From an uncultured Gemmataceae bacterium (GTDB lineage Bacteria; Planctomycetota; Planctomycetia; Gemmatales; Gemmataceae), in NCBI GenBank assembly GCA_963750165.1, contig CAVVPN010000011.1, positions 224,001 through 288,000 of the forward strand: a DNA stretch of 64,000 bases. Direction: 5' to 3'. This document shows, piece after piece, positions 40,021-50,109 of this stretch; within the stretch, counting starts at the first letter, position 1; the number at the start of each line of letters is the position of its first letter. Position numbers and translations under genes: made by a program. The notes beneath the pieces are model-generated. The model was not told the origin of the DNA and did not search any database. It worked only from the letters and a program-made list of their open reading frames with translations.

Positions 40021-41349
40021 TCAAGCGGCCAACCTCAGACACAGGATGGCCGCCAGCAGCGCGACGATCAGCAGCCACCCCAGCATGATGCGTACCCAGC
40101 GATCCTGTGCCAGCGCCCGGCGCTGCGCCGCGGCGTACGGCGTCGTCGTGAAGCTGACCAGCGTGTACAGCGGCACGTACCAGCGCGGAAACAACGTATG
40201 CAGCAAAATCCCCAGCTTTTTCCTCCATAGAAACAGTCGCGAACTAACGCGGTCGCGCATCTCCAGAAAATTATCGATGGCCAGGTCCGCGAGGGTGTCG
40301 GTGTTGCCCTTGCGGCGGCGCTCGTACTCGTCGAGGGCTGCGGCCCACATCGGGCCGTGCCGCGTCAGGCACTGCGTCAGGACGGTGCAGTCCTCGAAGG
40401 CGGCGTTCATGCCCTGGCCGAGGAAGGGCACCACCGCGTGCGCCGCGTCGCCGAGCAGCGCCACGCGGCCGTCGTGGTGCCACGGTTGACAGCGGATTGT
40501 CACCAGCGGCCCGACCGGGTTGCGGCGATAATCCTCCAGCAGCGTCGGCATCAGCGGCACCGCGTCCGGAAACTGCTCGTGGAAGTACCGCCGCACCTCG
40601 TCATCCGTTTTCAGGCCGGCGAAGCTGTTCGGCCCCTCGTAGGGCCAGAAGAGGGTGCAGGTGAACGAACCGTCGCGGTTGGGCAGTGCGATCATCATGA
40701 AGCTGTGTCGCGGCCAGATGTGCAGTGCGTGCGGCTCCATCTGAAACATGCCGCCGGGGCCGGCCGGGATGCTCAGTTCCTTGTAGCCGTAGTTGAGGTA
40801 ATCCTGCCGATAATTGAAGCGCTCGTGCCGCTGCAGCTCCGTGCGCACTACCGAGTACGCGCCGTCGGCGGCGATGACGACGTTGGCCGGAACGTGCGCC
40901 GGGCCGCTGGGCGTGGCGAACGTCAGCGTGGCGGTGGCCAGCTCAACGCCCGTGCAGCGGTGCTCGAAGAACAGCCGCACACCGGGGCAGCGCGCCGCCG
41001 CCTCGATGAGTGTGACGTTCAGGCCGGCGCGCGACACGGAGTTGATGGCCTGACCCTGCTTGCCGTAGGGCTGAAACGTCAGTTCGCCGGTGGGGGAATG
41101 CATCATGCGGCCGCGCATGGGGATGGCGTCGCGCAACACCGCGTCCGCCAGGCCGACCACCTTGAGCGCCTCAATGCCGCGCACCGACAGCGCCAGGTTA
41201 ATGGAGCGGCCGTGGTCCTGCGGCCCCTGCCGCGGGTCGGGGCGCTTCTCGTACAGATCGACACGGTAGCCCGCCCGGCCGAGGTGGCACGCCAGCAGCG
41301 CCCCGGCCAGGCCCGAGCCGACGACGGTGAACTGCGGCAGATCGGCCAT
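40021..41349 (-). CDS. kmo: Kynurenine 3-monooxygenase
   Basis: GSGLAG, GRSINLALS, YKEL, ALHIWPR, GDAAHAVVPFLGQGMNAAFED. Confidence 0.96.
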   Translation of the reverse strand: MADLPQFTVVGSGLAGALLACHLGRAGYRVDLYEKRPDPRQGPQDHGRSINLALSVRGIEALKVVGLADAVLRDAIPMRGRMMHSPTGELTFQPYGKQGQAINSVSRAGLNVTLIEAAARCPGVRLFFEHRCTGVELATATLTFATPSGPAHVPANVVIAADGAYSVVRTELQRHERFNYRQDYLNYGYKELSIPAGPGGMFQMEPHALHIWPRHSFMMIALPNRDGSFTCTLFWPYEGPNSFAGLKTDDEVRRYFHEQFPDAVPLMPTLLEDYRRNPVGPLVTIRCQPWHHDGRVALLGDAAHAVVPFLGQGMNAAFEDCTVLTQCLTRHGPMWAAALDEYERRRKGNTDTLADLAIDNFLEMRDRVSSRLFLWRKKLGILLHTLFPRWYVPLYTLVSFTTTPYAAAQRRALAQDRWVRIMLGWLLIVALLAAILCLRLAA

Positions 41350-41364
41350 GCAGCGCTCCCACGA

Positions 41365-42633
41365 TCAGCGGACCTGCTCGTGCAACTGCCGGGCGAACAT
41401 CCACACTTCCTGAAACGTATTATACAGCGGCACCGGCGCCACGCGGATGACATGCGGCGGCCGGAAGTCGCAGACGATGCCGGCCCGCTGCAGCGCCGCC
41501 TGGGTTTCGCGGCCGCGGTCGCGCAGCCGCAGCGATAGGGCACAGCCGCGCTCCTCCGGCCTCCGCGGCGTGAGAACTTCCACCGCCCCGGCCAGGCGCT
41601 CCAGCAGATATTCCAGATAGCCAGTGAGCAATTCTGACTTCGCCCGCAGCGCCGCCATGCCGGCCTCGTCGAAGAGGGCCAGCGACGCTCGCAGTGGCAC
41701 CAGCGCCAGGATGGGCGGGTTGCTCACCTGCCAACCGGCCGCTCCCGGCTGCGGCACGAAGCGGTCCTGCAAGTGCATCTGAAAGCGCGTCGCCGGGTCG
41801 TTACCCCACCATCCGGCGAGGCGAGGCAAGTCCAGGTTGTTGCCGTGGCGCTCGTGGACGAAGCAACCGCCGACGGCGCCGGGGCCAGCGTTCAGGTACT
41901 TGTAACTGCACCAGACCGCGAAATCGACCTGCCAGTCATGCAACTGCAGCGGCACGTTGCCGGCCGCGTGCGCCAGGTCCCAGCCCGCAGCAGAGCCCTG
42001 CCGCTGCGCCGCCGCGGTGATGCGGCCGATGTCGAGCCACTGGCCCGTCAGGAAATTGACGCCGTTCAACAGCACCAGCGCGAGCCGTGGACCGTGCCGC
42101 TCGATCACCGCCTCGATGTCCTCGGTGCGCAGCAGTTCCTCGCCGGGCCGCGGCCGCAGCGTCAACAAATCCTCCGCCGGGTCGAGACCGTGGTGTTGCA
42201 GCTGCGACTGCACCGCGTACCGGTCGGATGGAAACGCCGGCTCATCAATGAGGATCTTGCGGCGCTCGCCGCGCGGCCGGAAGAAGGTTAGCATCATGAG
42301 GTGCAGGTTGACGGTCAGGCTGTTCATCATCACAACCTCGCCGGGCCGAGCGCCGACCAGGCGGGCACCCGTGTCGCGGAACAGTTTGTGATAGCTGTAC
42401 CACGGGTGCGGGCCGTGAAAGTGGGCGTCCACGCCGAGGCGTGCCCAGGCGTCGAGTTCCGCTTGCAGCAGCGGGCCGACGGATTTTGGTTGCAAGCCGA
42501 GGGAGTGGCCACAGAAATAGAGAAGGGGCTGGCCGTCGGGGCCAGCCGGCAAATGAAAGCGGTCGCGGAAGTGCCGCAGTGGGTCGTCGGCGTCGAGGCG
42601 GCAGGCGAACGCATCATCGGGTTGCCAGTGCAT
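41365..42633 (-). CDS. kynU: Kynureninase
   Basis: YFCGHSLGLQP, MNSLTVNLH, FPSD, DLAHAAGN, WCSYKYLN. Confidence 0.97.
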   Translation of the reverse strand: MHWQPDDAFACRLDADDPLRHFRDRFHLPAGPDGQPLLYFCGHSLGLQPKSVGPLLQAELDAWARLGVDAHFHGPHPWYSYHKLFRDTGARLVGARPGEVVMMNSLTVNLHLMMLTFFRPRGERRKILIDEPAFPSDRYAVQSQLQHHGLDPAEDLLTLRPRPGEELLRTEDIEAVIERHGPRLALVLLNGVNFLTGQWLDIGRITAAAQRQGSAAGWDLAHAAGNVPLQLHDWQVDFAVWCSYKYLNAGPGAVGGCFVHERHGNNLDLPRLAGWWGNDPATRFQMHLQDRFVPQPGAAGWQVSNPPILALVPLRASLALFDEAGMAALRAKSELLTGYLEYLLERLAGAVEVLTPRRPEERGCALSLRLRDRGRETQAALQRAGIVCDFRPPHVIRVAPVPLYNTFQEVWMFARQLHEQVR

Positions 42634-42702
42634 GGCGAAACTCCGCTCGGCGATGGGACGGCAGGATTCACGGGGAACATATCAAGTCGGGGAGAAGACG
42701 GC

Positions 42703-43257
42703 ATGGGCCCGATGGAGTTAAACCGGCTCAAGAAGCACCCGGATTTTCAAATGATCGTGGACCTGGAACCGGAGGAGGTCGAGGAACGCTTGCGCAACGC
42801 GGTCGAGCGTTGGTGGTGGGCCGGCGGACTCATGTTCGGATTTCGGCCGTTTCAGGGCAGCGTCGGGCAGGTGCGGTTTAGTTTCCGACTGCGGCCGTGG
42901 GTGGCGCTGGGGCTGGATTTTGCCCCGTTCCTGGAGGGCACGTTCCGCCGTGTTCGCCAGGGGACGCTGCTGGAGTATCGCCTTACGGGGCCGGTGTCGA
43001 TCCTCTGGCTGACGGTGATCCTGCTGCTGGCCCCGGCGTTCAGCGTTGCGGCGTACGGCGCAGTCCAGCAATTGAGTCTGAGCGGGCCGGACCAGTGGGT
43101 GCTGACCGCGCTGGCGGTGCTGCTGCCGATCCTGGCGGCGGCGCTGCCGCTCGGCTGGCTCTACTACGCCTTCCGACGCGACACGCGGCGGCTGCTGGTG
43201 GAGCTGCGCGCCCTGTTCCGGGACGCGGTGGTCGAGGTGAATTATCGGATCGTTTGA
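42703..43257 (+). CDS. Hypothetical membrane protein
   Basis: GGAG SD, beta-rich N-terminus, two C-terminal TM helices. Confidence 0.65.
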   Translation: MGPMELNRLKKHPDFQMIVDLEPEEVEERLRNAVERWWWAGGLMFGFRPFQGSVGQVRFSFRLRPWVALGLDFAPFLEGTFRRVRQGTLLEYRLTGPVSILWLTVILLLAPAFSVAAYGAVQQLSLSGPDQWVLTALAVLLPILAAALPLGWLYYAFRRDTRRLLVELRALFRDAVVEVNYRIV

Positions 43258-43263
43258 ATTGAG

Positions 43264-43611
43264 TTGTTTCTTCGTGGAGTTCCTATCGACAGCGAGCAAA
43301 TTTCCTGGAACGGGGCTTACCGCGGACGGCTGCTGGTGGACCTGGAACCGTCCCAGGTTTACAAGCGGCTCGTCAACAATGTTGGCCAGCCTTCCTCACC
43401 GCTGATGGAGGCACTCTTTCGATCATCGCCCTACCGTGGCAATGTGCAAGAGGTCGGTCCTGCTGGGCGGCAGCGCTTTGCCTATGGTTTCTTTTCGAGC
43501 TGGTCTTGTTCACAAATGACCGGAGAATTCCACGCCATCGAAGGCGGATCGGCAATCGAGTTTGCAGACGTGGCCGTTGACATGGACCTACCCGGGATTG
43601 CTCACGACTGA
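43264..43611 (+). CDS. Hypothetical protein, divergent and probably truncated paralogue of the preceding gene
   Basis: LLVDLEPSQVYKRL...PYRGNV...GEFHAIEGGSAIEF parallels MIVDLEPEEVEERL...PFQGSV...GTFRRVRQGTLLEY. Confidence 0.45.
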   Translation: MFLRGVPIDSEQISWNGAYRGRLLVDLEPSQVYKRLVNNVGQPSSPLMEALFRSSPYRGNVQEVGPAGRQRFAYGFFSSWSCSQMTGEFHAIEGGSAIEFADVAVDMDLPGIAHD

Positions 43612-44613
43612 GTCATTCTGTCCCAGAAACTCCCGCGCCGTCCCCGCCAGCAGCAACCCCCGCTCCGCCGCGGTCAACTCCGGCAGCGATTCAATCAATT
43701 TTCCAGGATGTTCCTCGCCCAGCGGAAACGGATAGTCCGTCCCGAGCGCGACCCGGTTGGCCCCGACCAACCGCAGCAGCGTCCGCAGCGCGTCGGCGTC
43801 ATGCACCAGCGAATCCAGGTAGAACCTGCCGAGGTAACTGCGCGGCCCCCTGGCGTTCGCGGTGGCGCACAGATCCGGCCGCACCTGAAAGCCGTGCTCG
43901 ATGCGGCCGAGCGTGCCGGGGAACGAACCGCCGCCGTGCGCGAAGCAGACGCGCAGCCGCGGCAGTCGCTCGAAGACGCCGCCGAAAATCATTGAGCAAA
44001 TCGCCAGGGTCGTCTCGGTCGGCATGCCCACCAGCCACGCCAGCCAGTAGTTTTGCATGCGCTCACGGGCGCACATGTCCCACGGGTGGACGAACACCGC
44101 CGCCCCGAGCCGCTCCGCCGCCGCGAACACCGGGAACAGCTCCGGCCGGTCCAGGTTCCAGCCGTTGACGTGGCTGCCGATCTGCACGCCCGCCAGGCCG
44201 AGTTCGCGCACGCACCGCTCCAGTTCGAGCACGGCCAACTCCGGCTCCTGCATGGGCAGCGTGCCCAGGCCGGCGAAGTGCCGCGGATGGGCCGCGATCA
44301 CCTCCGCGAGATGGTCGTTCAGCAGGCGGGACAGGTCGTGGGTGTCCTGCGGTTTGGCCCAGTAGCTGAACATGACCGGCACGGTCGAGAGCACTTGCAG
44401 GCCGACGCCAACCTTGGCGCAGTCCTCGATACGGCGCTGCGGATCCCAGCAGTTGTCCTGGATGTCGCGAAAGCCCTTGCCGTCGATGTGCATGCGAGCG
44501 CAGCCGGGGCCGGTGTGCTCCAGCTGCACGAAGCCGCCGTAGCCGTAGCGCTGCCGCAGGTCCGGCCAGGTGCGCGGCAAAATGTGCGTGTGCAGGTCGA
44601 TCTTTTCCAGCAC
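43588..44613 (-). CDS. nbaD: 2-amino-3-carboxymuconate-6-semialdehyde decarboxylase (ACMSD)
   Basis: DLHTH, STVPVMFSYW, FVHPWD, WLVGMP, AHGGG, GTDYPFPLG. Confidence 0.93.
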   Translation of the reverse strand: MLEKIDLHTHILPRTWPDLRQRYGYGGFVQLEHTGPGCARMHIDGKGFRDIQDNCWDPQRRIEDCAKVGVGLQVLSTVPVMFSYWAKPQDTHDLSRLLNDHLAEVIAAHPRHFAGLGTLPMQEPELAVLELERCVRELGLAGVQIGSHVNGWNLDRPELFPVFAAAERLGAAVFVHPWDMCARERMQNYWLAWLVGMPTETTLAICSMIFGGVFERLPRLRVCFAHGGGSFPGTLGRIEHGFQVRPDLCATANARGPRSYLGRFYLDSLVHDADALRTLLRLVGANRVALGTDYPFPLGEEHPGKLIESLPELTAAERGLLLAGTAREFLGQNDSVVSNPG

Positions 44614-44622
44614 GGTCGCACC

Positions 44623-45147
44623 TCACGCCTTCGCCGGGGCCGGCACCTCAAAGACGCTGTGACACGCCCGGCAGGTGCGCAACTCCGGGCTGCCGTTGAA
44701 CTCCTCGATGATCGGCTTCAACTGCTTGCCCAGGTCTTCCAGGTGAAATTCCCTGTCGTGGACAAGGCCGCCGCACTGGCGGCAGTACCAGCGTAAATGG
44801 TCGTTGGCGGCAGCGGGCCGGGCCTGCTCGACGACCAGGCCGACGGTGTTCGGCGGCCGCTGCGGCGAGTGCGGCACGTGGGCCGGCAGCAGGAAAATCT
44901 CGCCCTGCTTGATGGGGATGTCGCGCGGTGCGCCGTCCTCAATGACCTTCAGGACGATGTCGCCCTCGACCTGGTAGAACAGCTCCTCGCCGGGGTTGAC
45001 GTGATAGTCGGCGCGCTGGTTGGGGCCGCCGACGACCATGACCAGGAAGCCGCTATTCCAGAGCATCTTGTTGCCGACCGGCGGCTTGAGCAGGTGACGG
45101 TTGTCCTCGATCCAGCGCTGGAGATTGAACGGGGTCGGGAGAGTCAT
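44623..45147 (-). CDS. nbaC: 3-hydroxyanthranilate 3,4-dioxygenase
   Basis: LKPPVGNK, VGGPNQRADYH, VPHSPQR, CxxC...CxxC rubredoxin-like site. Confidence 0.96.
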   Translation of the reverse strand: MTLPTPFNLQRWIEDNRHLLKPPVGNKMLWNSGFLVMVVGGPNQRADYHVNPGEELFYQVEGDIVLKVIEDGAPRDIPIKQGEIFLLPAHVPHSPQRPPNTVGLVVEQARPAAANDHLRWYCRQCGGLVHDREFHLEDLGKQLKPIIEEFNGSPELRTCRACHSVFEVPAPAKA

Positions 45148-45179
45148 GCGGACCACCTTTCTTGAAGGGGTTGCTCTTC

Positions 45180-45368
45180 GTTCGTAGTACCGCCTTTAGA
45201 GCGGTTCGCGTCTGGGTAGCGCACAAGTCGTGGGACGGCTCTCCAGAGCCGTCAGCGTTCTCCCGACGGCTCTGGAGAGCCGTCCTACGGGGCGTGATCC
45301 ACGCGACTGGGAACCGCCTTTAGGCGGAATCTGACTGTCAAATTCCGCCTAAAGGCGGTACTACGAAC
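45180..45368. repeat. Nested REP array of two families
   Basis: Outer GTAGTACCGCCTTTAG...CTAAAGGCGGTACTAC; inner GTGGGACGGCTCTCCAGAGCCGTC...GACGGCTCTGGAGAGCCGTCCTAC (45229-45289). Confidence 0.88.
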
Positions 45369-45891
45369 CGAGGCGGAACTCGTCGCGCAGCCGGGCGAAC
45401 TGTGCCGCCTGCTCCGCCGTCGGGGTGCTGCCGAAGTTCAGGAACACCTTGAACGCCGAGGCGCCGGCGCGGTCGAAGAACTGCACGCTGAGCGTGTTGA
45501 CGCCCGTCATGTGGCTCGGCTTCTCGACGGCGAAGGCGGCGCCGAGGTTCGGCCAGCGGATGTGCATGTCGAGCGTCTTCGTCTGGACGTTGAAGAACTC
45601 GCCCCAGGTGCTGAAGTTGCCGAAGGTGCCGACCGACTCCAGCGTCGCGGCGCCGTTGCTGACGATGACGTGGACCGTGCCCAGGTCGGGGAAGCGCTCG
45701 ATCAACTCCTGCCAGCGGTCCACGTCCAGTTCGGTGACGCGCTCGGCCGGCAGGCAGCGGAGGATGTCAGCCTCGGGCACGCTGTAGTCGCGGGCCAGCT
45801 GGAGCGTCATGGCGCCGGGGTTGTCCGCCAGGGCGGCGCGGACGCGCTCGGTCAGGGGCGCGGCGGAATTGCTGGGGGTCGTCGGTGTCAT
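45361..45891 (-). CDS. HutX/ChuX-family heme carrier-like protein
   Basis: NPGAMTLQLA...VHVIV...FFNV...MHI...SVQFFDRAGASAFKVFL. Confidence 0.8.
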   Translation of the reverse strand: MTPTTPSNSAAPLTERVRAALADNPGAMTLQLARDYSVPEADILRCLPAERVTELDVDRWQELIERFPDLGTVHVIVSNGAATLESVGTFGNFSTWGEFFNVQTKTLDMHIRWPNLGAAFAVEKPSHMTGVNTLSVQFFDRAGASAFKVFLNFGSTPTAEQAAQFARLRDEFRLGS

Positions 45892-45994
45892 GGCTGGCTC
45901 CGGCGGCAGGGCGGATTGGGAACGACGCACACGGGTATTGTACCACGTTGTCGCGGGGAGATGAACGGTCCCGGCGTCCCCGTTTTCCTGCTAT

Positions 45995-46034
45995 GAAAAT
46001 CCCCTCATGCGCCCGGGCGCATGAGGGGATTTTC
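45995..46034 (-). terminator. Perfect 40-bp palindrome, probable terminator
   Basis: GAAAATCCCCTCATGCGCCCGGGCGCATGAGGGGATTTTC. Confidence 0.75.
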
Positions 46035-46074
46035 TAGCAGCCCTAACACCTTGGAGTCTGCCTCGAAGGGGCCG

Positions 46075-47082
46075 CTACAGACCGAATTCAAACTCGTTAT
46101 TAAGGAATTGCCCCAGCGACTCGTACTCCTGGGTCAGTGTTTGCGTGGTCCCTGAAGGATCGGAAATGGTCTCGCTCAGATCCTCCAGATACTGAACGAT
46201 TCCAGAGGCCACCCAGGGAGAGCCGGTCGTCGCCGGCGGAGTGAGTGTCACCGTCGTGCTGCCGGTGGCCGAGGATTGGCCGACGATCACGTAAACAGGG
46301 GTCGGCGAACCCGTCCCCGTCGTCGCCAGCATCAGACTCTCCGTGATCTGGTCATGCAGCGAAAACGCGGCAACAATCGTGTTGCCCGTCGCCACGGGCG
46401 CGGGCGGCAACGTCTCCTGGGAGGTGCCGGTCAATGCCAGGTTTGCCTGGACGAGCCAGGGCAGGCTGACCGGCGGGAGGACGCCGGGAGGATAGAAGGC
46501 CGTTTCCGTTTGCGACAGGGTGACGGCGGCGTTAACGCTGAAGAGGTTGGCGACCGGGTTGGCCTGGGGCGGCATGGAAACCGTGCCGTTTTCGCTGATG
46601 TTGGCGGTGATGTGCCAGCCGGACGAGACCGCAGGGCTTGTCTTGTACAGGGTTTCCGTGATCTGACCGGCCAGGCTGAAGTGCGCGATGAAGCCGGGCG
46701 GATTCAGAGTGGCCGCGGGAGTCAAGCCTTCGGTCACGCTGCCCTGGAGAGCGTAGGACAGGCTCAGCGACCACGTTGGCGTGGTGCTAACCGGAGAGGA
46801 CAACGTTTGCGTGCTGGTTCCCTGAATCTGCACCGGGATCGGCAAAGTCGATCCGCTGAGCGGCGGGGGCACGCTGGGCAGTTGCACCAGAGGCGCAAAC
46901 TGAACCAGGGCCACCGGAGGCAGGGGTGCGGGATTCACCGAAAAGACCGCCACCGGGGCAAAGGAAACATGAGCCGGCGTCAGTCGATCTTCCAGAAGCT
47001 CGACATTCAGGCGGGGCCGATAACCCTGGCGCTTGCCAGTCGAGATTTCCCGATGCAAGAGTTTCCGCAGTGACCCGAACAT
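46075..47082 (-). CDS. Planctomycete extracellular protein with LEDR motif
   Basis: RPRLNVELLEDRLTPA leader; Thr/Ser/Pro-rich beta-type repeats; AAGGAGG SD. Confidence 0.8.
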   Translation of the reverse strand: MFGSLRKLLHREISTGKRQGYRPRLNVELLEDRLTPAHVSFAPVAVFSVNPAPLPPVALVQFAPLVQLPSVPPPLSGSTLPIPVQIQGTSTQTLSSPVSTTPTWSLSLSYALQGSVTEGLTPAATLNPPGFIAHFSLAGQITETLYKTSPAVSSGWHITANISENGTVSMPPQANPVANLFSVNAAVTLSQTETAFYPPGVLPPVSLPWLVQANLALTGTSQETLPPAPVATGNTIVAAFSLHDQITESLMLATTGTGSPTPVYVIVGQSSATGSTTVTLTPPATTGSPWVASGIVQYLEDLSETISDPSGTTQTLTQEYESLGQFLNNEFEFGL

Positions 47083-47552
47083 GGTGTCCTCCTTCGTTGG
47101 GGTTGCAGGACCGGAAATGTGCCTCAGTGCTGGCAGCGGTTCCATTCGACACGGAACAACCGGCCAGCCGAACAACACACTCCAAACATCTACTCTTACA
47201 AGATCAGAAATTACCCGGACATGAAACGCAGTCAAGTTAAAGTTGGAAGAAAGTAAAATGTAGCCGCTCTGTTTGTCGTTGCAAGCAAGAAGTCGATAAA
47301 AAAGACAGTTGGGGTGGGCGGCTGCAAAGTAGGTGGAATTTTGGTAGTGTCAATCCGGACTCTGGAAGTCTTTGAAAATTCACTCTGGATGTGGCTTGGA
47401 GGCAACCGTGGCAGAGGTCGTCCTCACCCCCAAATCGGCCCCACCCTTGATTACCACGGCAAAACCTCTTACTTCATCAACGAGGAGTCGCGCCGCGCAG
47501 CGGCAGGCGATCACGTCCACATGACCCTCTCCCACTACACAAAGGATGAGCA

Positions 47553-50018
47553 ATGACCGCCACCAGCACCCCCCCGATTCGGAAGACCGGCGACGGTCAG
47601 GCCACGGCGGCAACGCCCCTCTCCGCCGAGGAGCTGCGCAAGCTGGACGCCTACTGGCGCGCCCTCAACTACCTGGCGGTCGGCCAGATTTACCTGCTCG
47701 ACAACCCGCTGTTGCGCGAACCGCTCAAGCGCGAGCACATCAAGCCGCGGCTGCTGGGCCACTGGGGCACGTCGCCGGGCCTGAACATGCTCTGCGTCCA
47801 CCTCAACCGCGTCATCAAGCGCGACGAGCTGGACATGATCTACGTCATCGGCCCGGGGCACGGCGGCCCGTCGCTGGTGGCCCATGCGTACCTGGAGGGC
47901 ACCTACAGCGAGGTGTATCCGAACATCAGCCAGGACGCCGACGGCATGAAGCGGCTGTTCAAGCAGTTCAGCTTCCCCGGCGGCATCCCCAGCCACGTCG
48001 CCCCGGAGACGCCCGGCAGCATTCACGAGGGCGGCGAACTTGGCTACGCCCTGAGCCATGCCTACGGGGCCGCCTTCGACAACCCGGACCTGATCGTCGC
48101 CTGCGTCGTTGGCGACGGCGAGGCCGAGACGGGACCGCTGGCCACCGGCTGGCAGGGCAACAAGTTTCTTAACCCGGCCCGCGACGGCTGTGTGCTGCCC
48201 ATCCTGCACCTGAACGGCTACAAGATCGCCAACCCCTGCTTCCTCGCCCGCATCCCCCACGATGAACTGCAAAAATTCTTCGAGGGCATGGGCTACAAGC
48301 CCTACTTCGTCGAGGGGCACGACCCCCAGGCGGTCCACCAGCAACTGGCCGGCGTGCTCGACACGATCGTGGCGGAGATCCGGCAGATTCGCGCCGACGC
48401 CCGGGCCGTGGGGGCGGCAAAGGCCACGCGCCCCGCGTGGCCGATGATCGTCTTCCGCACGCCGAAAGGCTGGACCTGCCCGGCGGAGATCGACGGTAAG
48501 AAGTGCGAGGGTTACTGGCGTTCGCATCAGGTGCCGATGGGCGACATGGACAAGCCGGAGCACATCAAGATTCTCGAAGGGTGGATGAAGAGCTACCGGC
48601 CCGAGGAACTCTTCGACGCCCAGGGCCGCCTCAAGCCCGAACTGGCCGAGCTGGCGCCGCAGGGCCACCGGCGCATGAGCGACAACCTGCACGCCAACGG
48701 CGGCCGGCTGCTGCACGACCTGCGGCTGCCGGACTTCCGCGACTACGCCGTCGAGGTGCCCAGCCCCGGGGCGACCACCGCCGAGTCCGCGCGGGTCATG
48801 GGCAAGTTCCTCCGTGATGTGATGAAGCTGAACCTGGAGGGCAAGAACTTCCGCCTGTTCAGCCCGGACGAAAACAACTCGAACCGCTGGCAGGACGTGC
48901 TGGAGGTCACCACCCGCTGCTACATGGCCGAGATTTACCCCGATGACGACAAGCTCAGCCCGGACGGCCGGGTAATGGAGGTGCTGAGCGAGCACCAGTG
49001 CCAGGGCTGGCTGGAGGGGTATTTGCTGACGGGCCGGCACGGCTTCTTCAGCTGCTACGAGGCATTTATCCACATCATTGATTCGATGTTCAACCAGCAC
49101 GCCAAGTGGCTCAAGGTGTGCCGGCACATTCCGTGGCGGCGGCCGATTGCCTCGTTCAACTACTTCCTCAGCTCGCACGTCTGGCGGCAGGATCACAACG
49201 GCTTTTCCCACCAGGACCCCGGCTTCATCGATCACGTCGTCAACAAGAAGGCGGAGGTCATCCGCGTCTACCTGCCGCCGGACGCCAACACGCTGCTGTC
49301 GGTGACGGACCACTGCCTGCGCAGCCGCAACTACGTCAATGTCGTGGTCGCGGGCAAGCAGCCGGCGCCGCAGTGGCTGACGATGGACCAGGCGGTCAAG
49401 CACTGCACCGAGGGGCTCGGCATCTGGGGGTGGGCGAGCAACGACCAGGGCAGCGAACCGGACGTGGTCATGGCCTGCTGCGGTGACGTGCCGACCCTGG
49501 AGACGCTGGCGGCGGTCGAACTGCTGCGCCGGCACGTGCCGGAGCTGAAAGTGCGCGTCATCAACGTGGTCAACCTGATGAAACTGCAACCGTCGAGCGA
49601 GCACCCGCACGGGCTGTCAGACCGTGACTTCGACGCGCTGTTCACGAAGGACAAGCCGATTGTGTTCGCGTTCCACGGCTATCCGTGGTTGATCCACCGG
49701 CTGACGTACCGGCGTACGAACCACAAGAACCTGCACGTGCGCGGCTACAAGGAAGAGGGCACGACGACAACGCCGTTCGACATGGTGGTGCTCAACGACC
49801 TGGACCGCTTCCATCTGTGTGAGGACGTGATCGACCGCCTGCCACAACTCGGGGCGCGGGCCGCCTACTTCAAGCAGGCGATTCACGAGAAGTTGATCGA
49901 GCACAGGCAGTACATCGACCAGCACGGCGACGACATGCCGACGATCTCCGGCTGGCAGTGGGGGAAGTCCCACGGCGGTGCGTCGGGGAAGAAGGACACC
50001 GCCGCGGACAACGTGTGA
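47553..50018 (+). CDS. xfp: Xylulose-5-phosphate/fructose-6-phosphate phosphoketolase
   Basis: [56 protein letters not shown]. Confidence 0.97.
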   Translation: MTATSTPPIRKTGDGQATAATPLSAEELRKLDAYWRALNYLAVGQIYLLDNPLLREPLKREHIKPRLLGHWGTSPGLNMLCVHLNRVIKRDELDMIYVIGPGHGGPSLVAHAYLEGTYSEVYPNISQDADGMKRLFKQFSFPGGIPSHVAPETPGSIHEGGELGYALSHAYGAAFDNPDLIVACVVGDGEAETGPLATGWQGNKFLNPARDGCVLPILHLNGYKIANPCFLARIPHDELQKFFEGMGYKPYFVEGHDPQAVHQQLAGVLDTIVAEIRQIRADARAVGAAKATRPAWPMIVFRTPKGWTCPAEIDGKKCEGYWRSHQVPMGDMDKPEHIKILEGWMKSYRPEELFDAQGRLKPELAELAPQGHRRMSDNLHANGGRLLHDLRLPDFRDYAVEVPSPGATTAESARVMGKFLRDVMKLNLEGKNFRLFSPDENNSNRWQDVLEVTTRCYMAEIYPDDDKLSPDGRVMEVLSEHQCQGWLEGYLLTGRHGFFSCYEAFIHIIDSMFNQHAKWLKVCRHIPWRRPIASFNYFLSSHVWRQDHNGFSHQDPGFIDHVVNKKAEVIRVYLPPDANTLLSVTDHCLRSRNYVNVVVAGKQPAPQWLTMDQAVKHCTEGLGIWGWASNDQGSEPDVVMACCGDVPTLETLAAVELLRRHVPELKVRVINVVNLMKLQPSSEHPHGLSDRDFDALFTKDKPIVFAFHGYPWLIHRLTYRRTNHKNLHVRGYKEEGTTTTPFDMVVLNDLDRFHLCEDVIDRLPQLGARAAYFKQAIHEKLIEHRQYIDQHGDDMPTISGWQWGKSHGGASGKKDTAADNV

Positions 50019-50109
50019 TAGGAACTTCGTCTGATTTCTTCTTCCGCTGCCGCTTGCGGCGCAGCGGGAAGCGCCTGCGCCGCAAGCGGCGGAAAGAAAG
50101 GACCAACCC

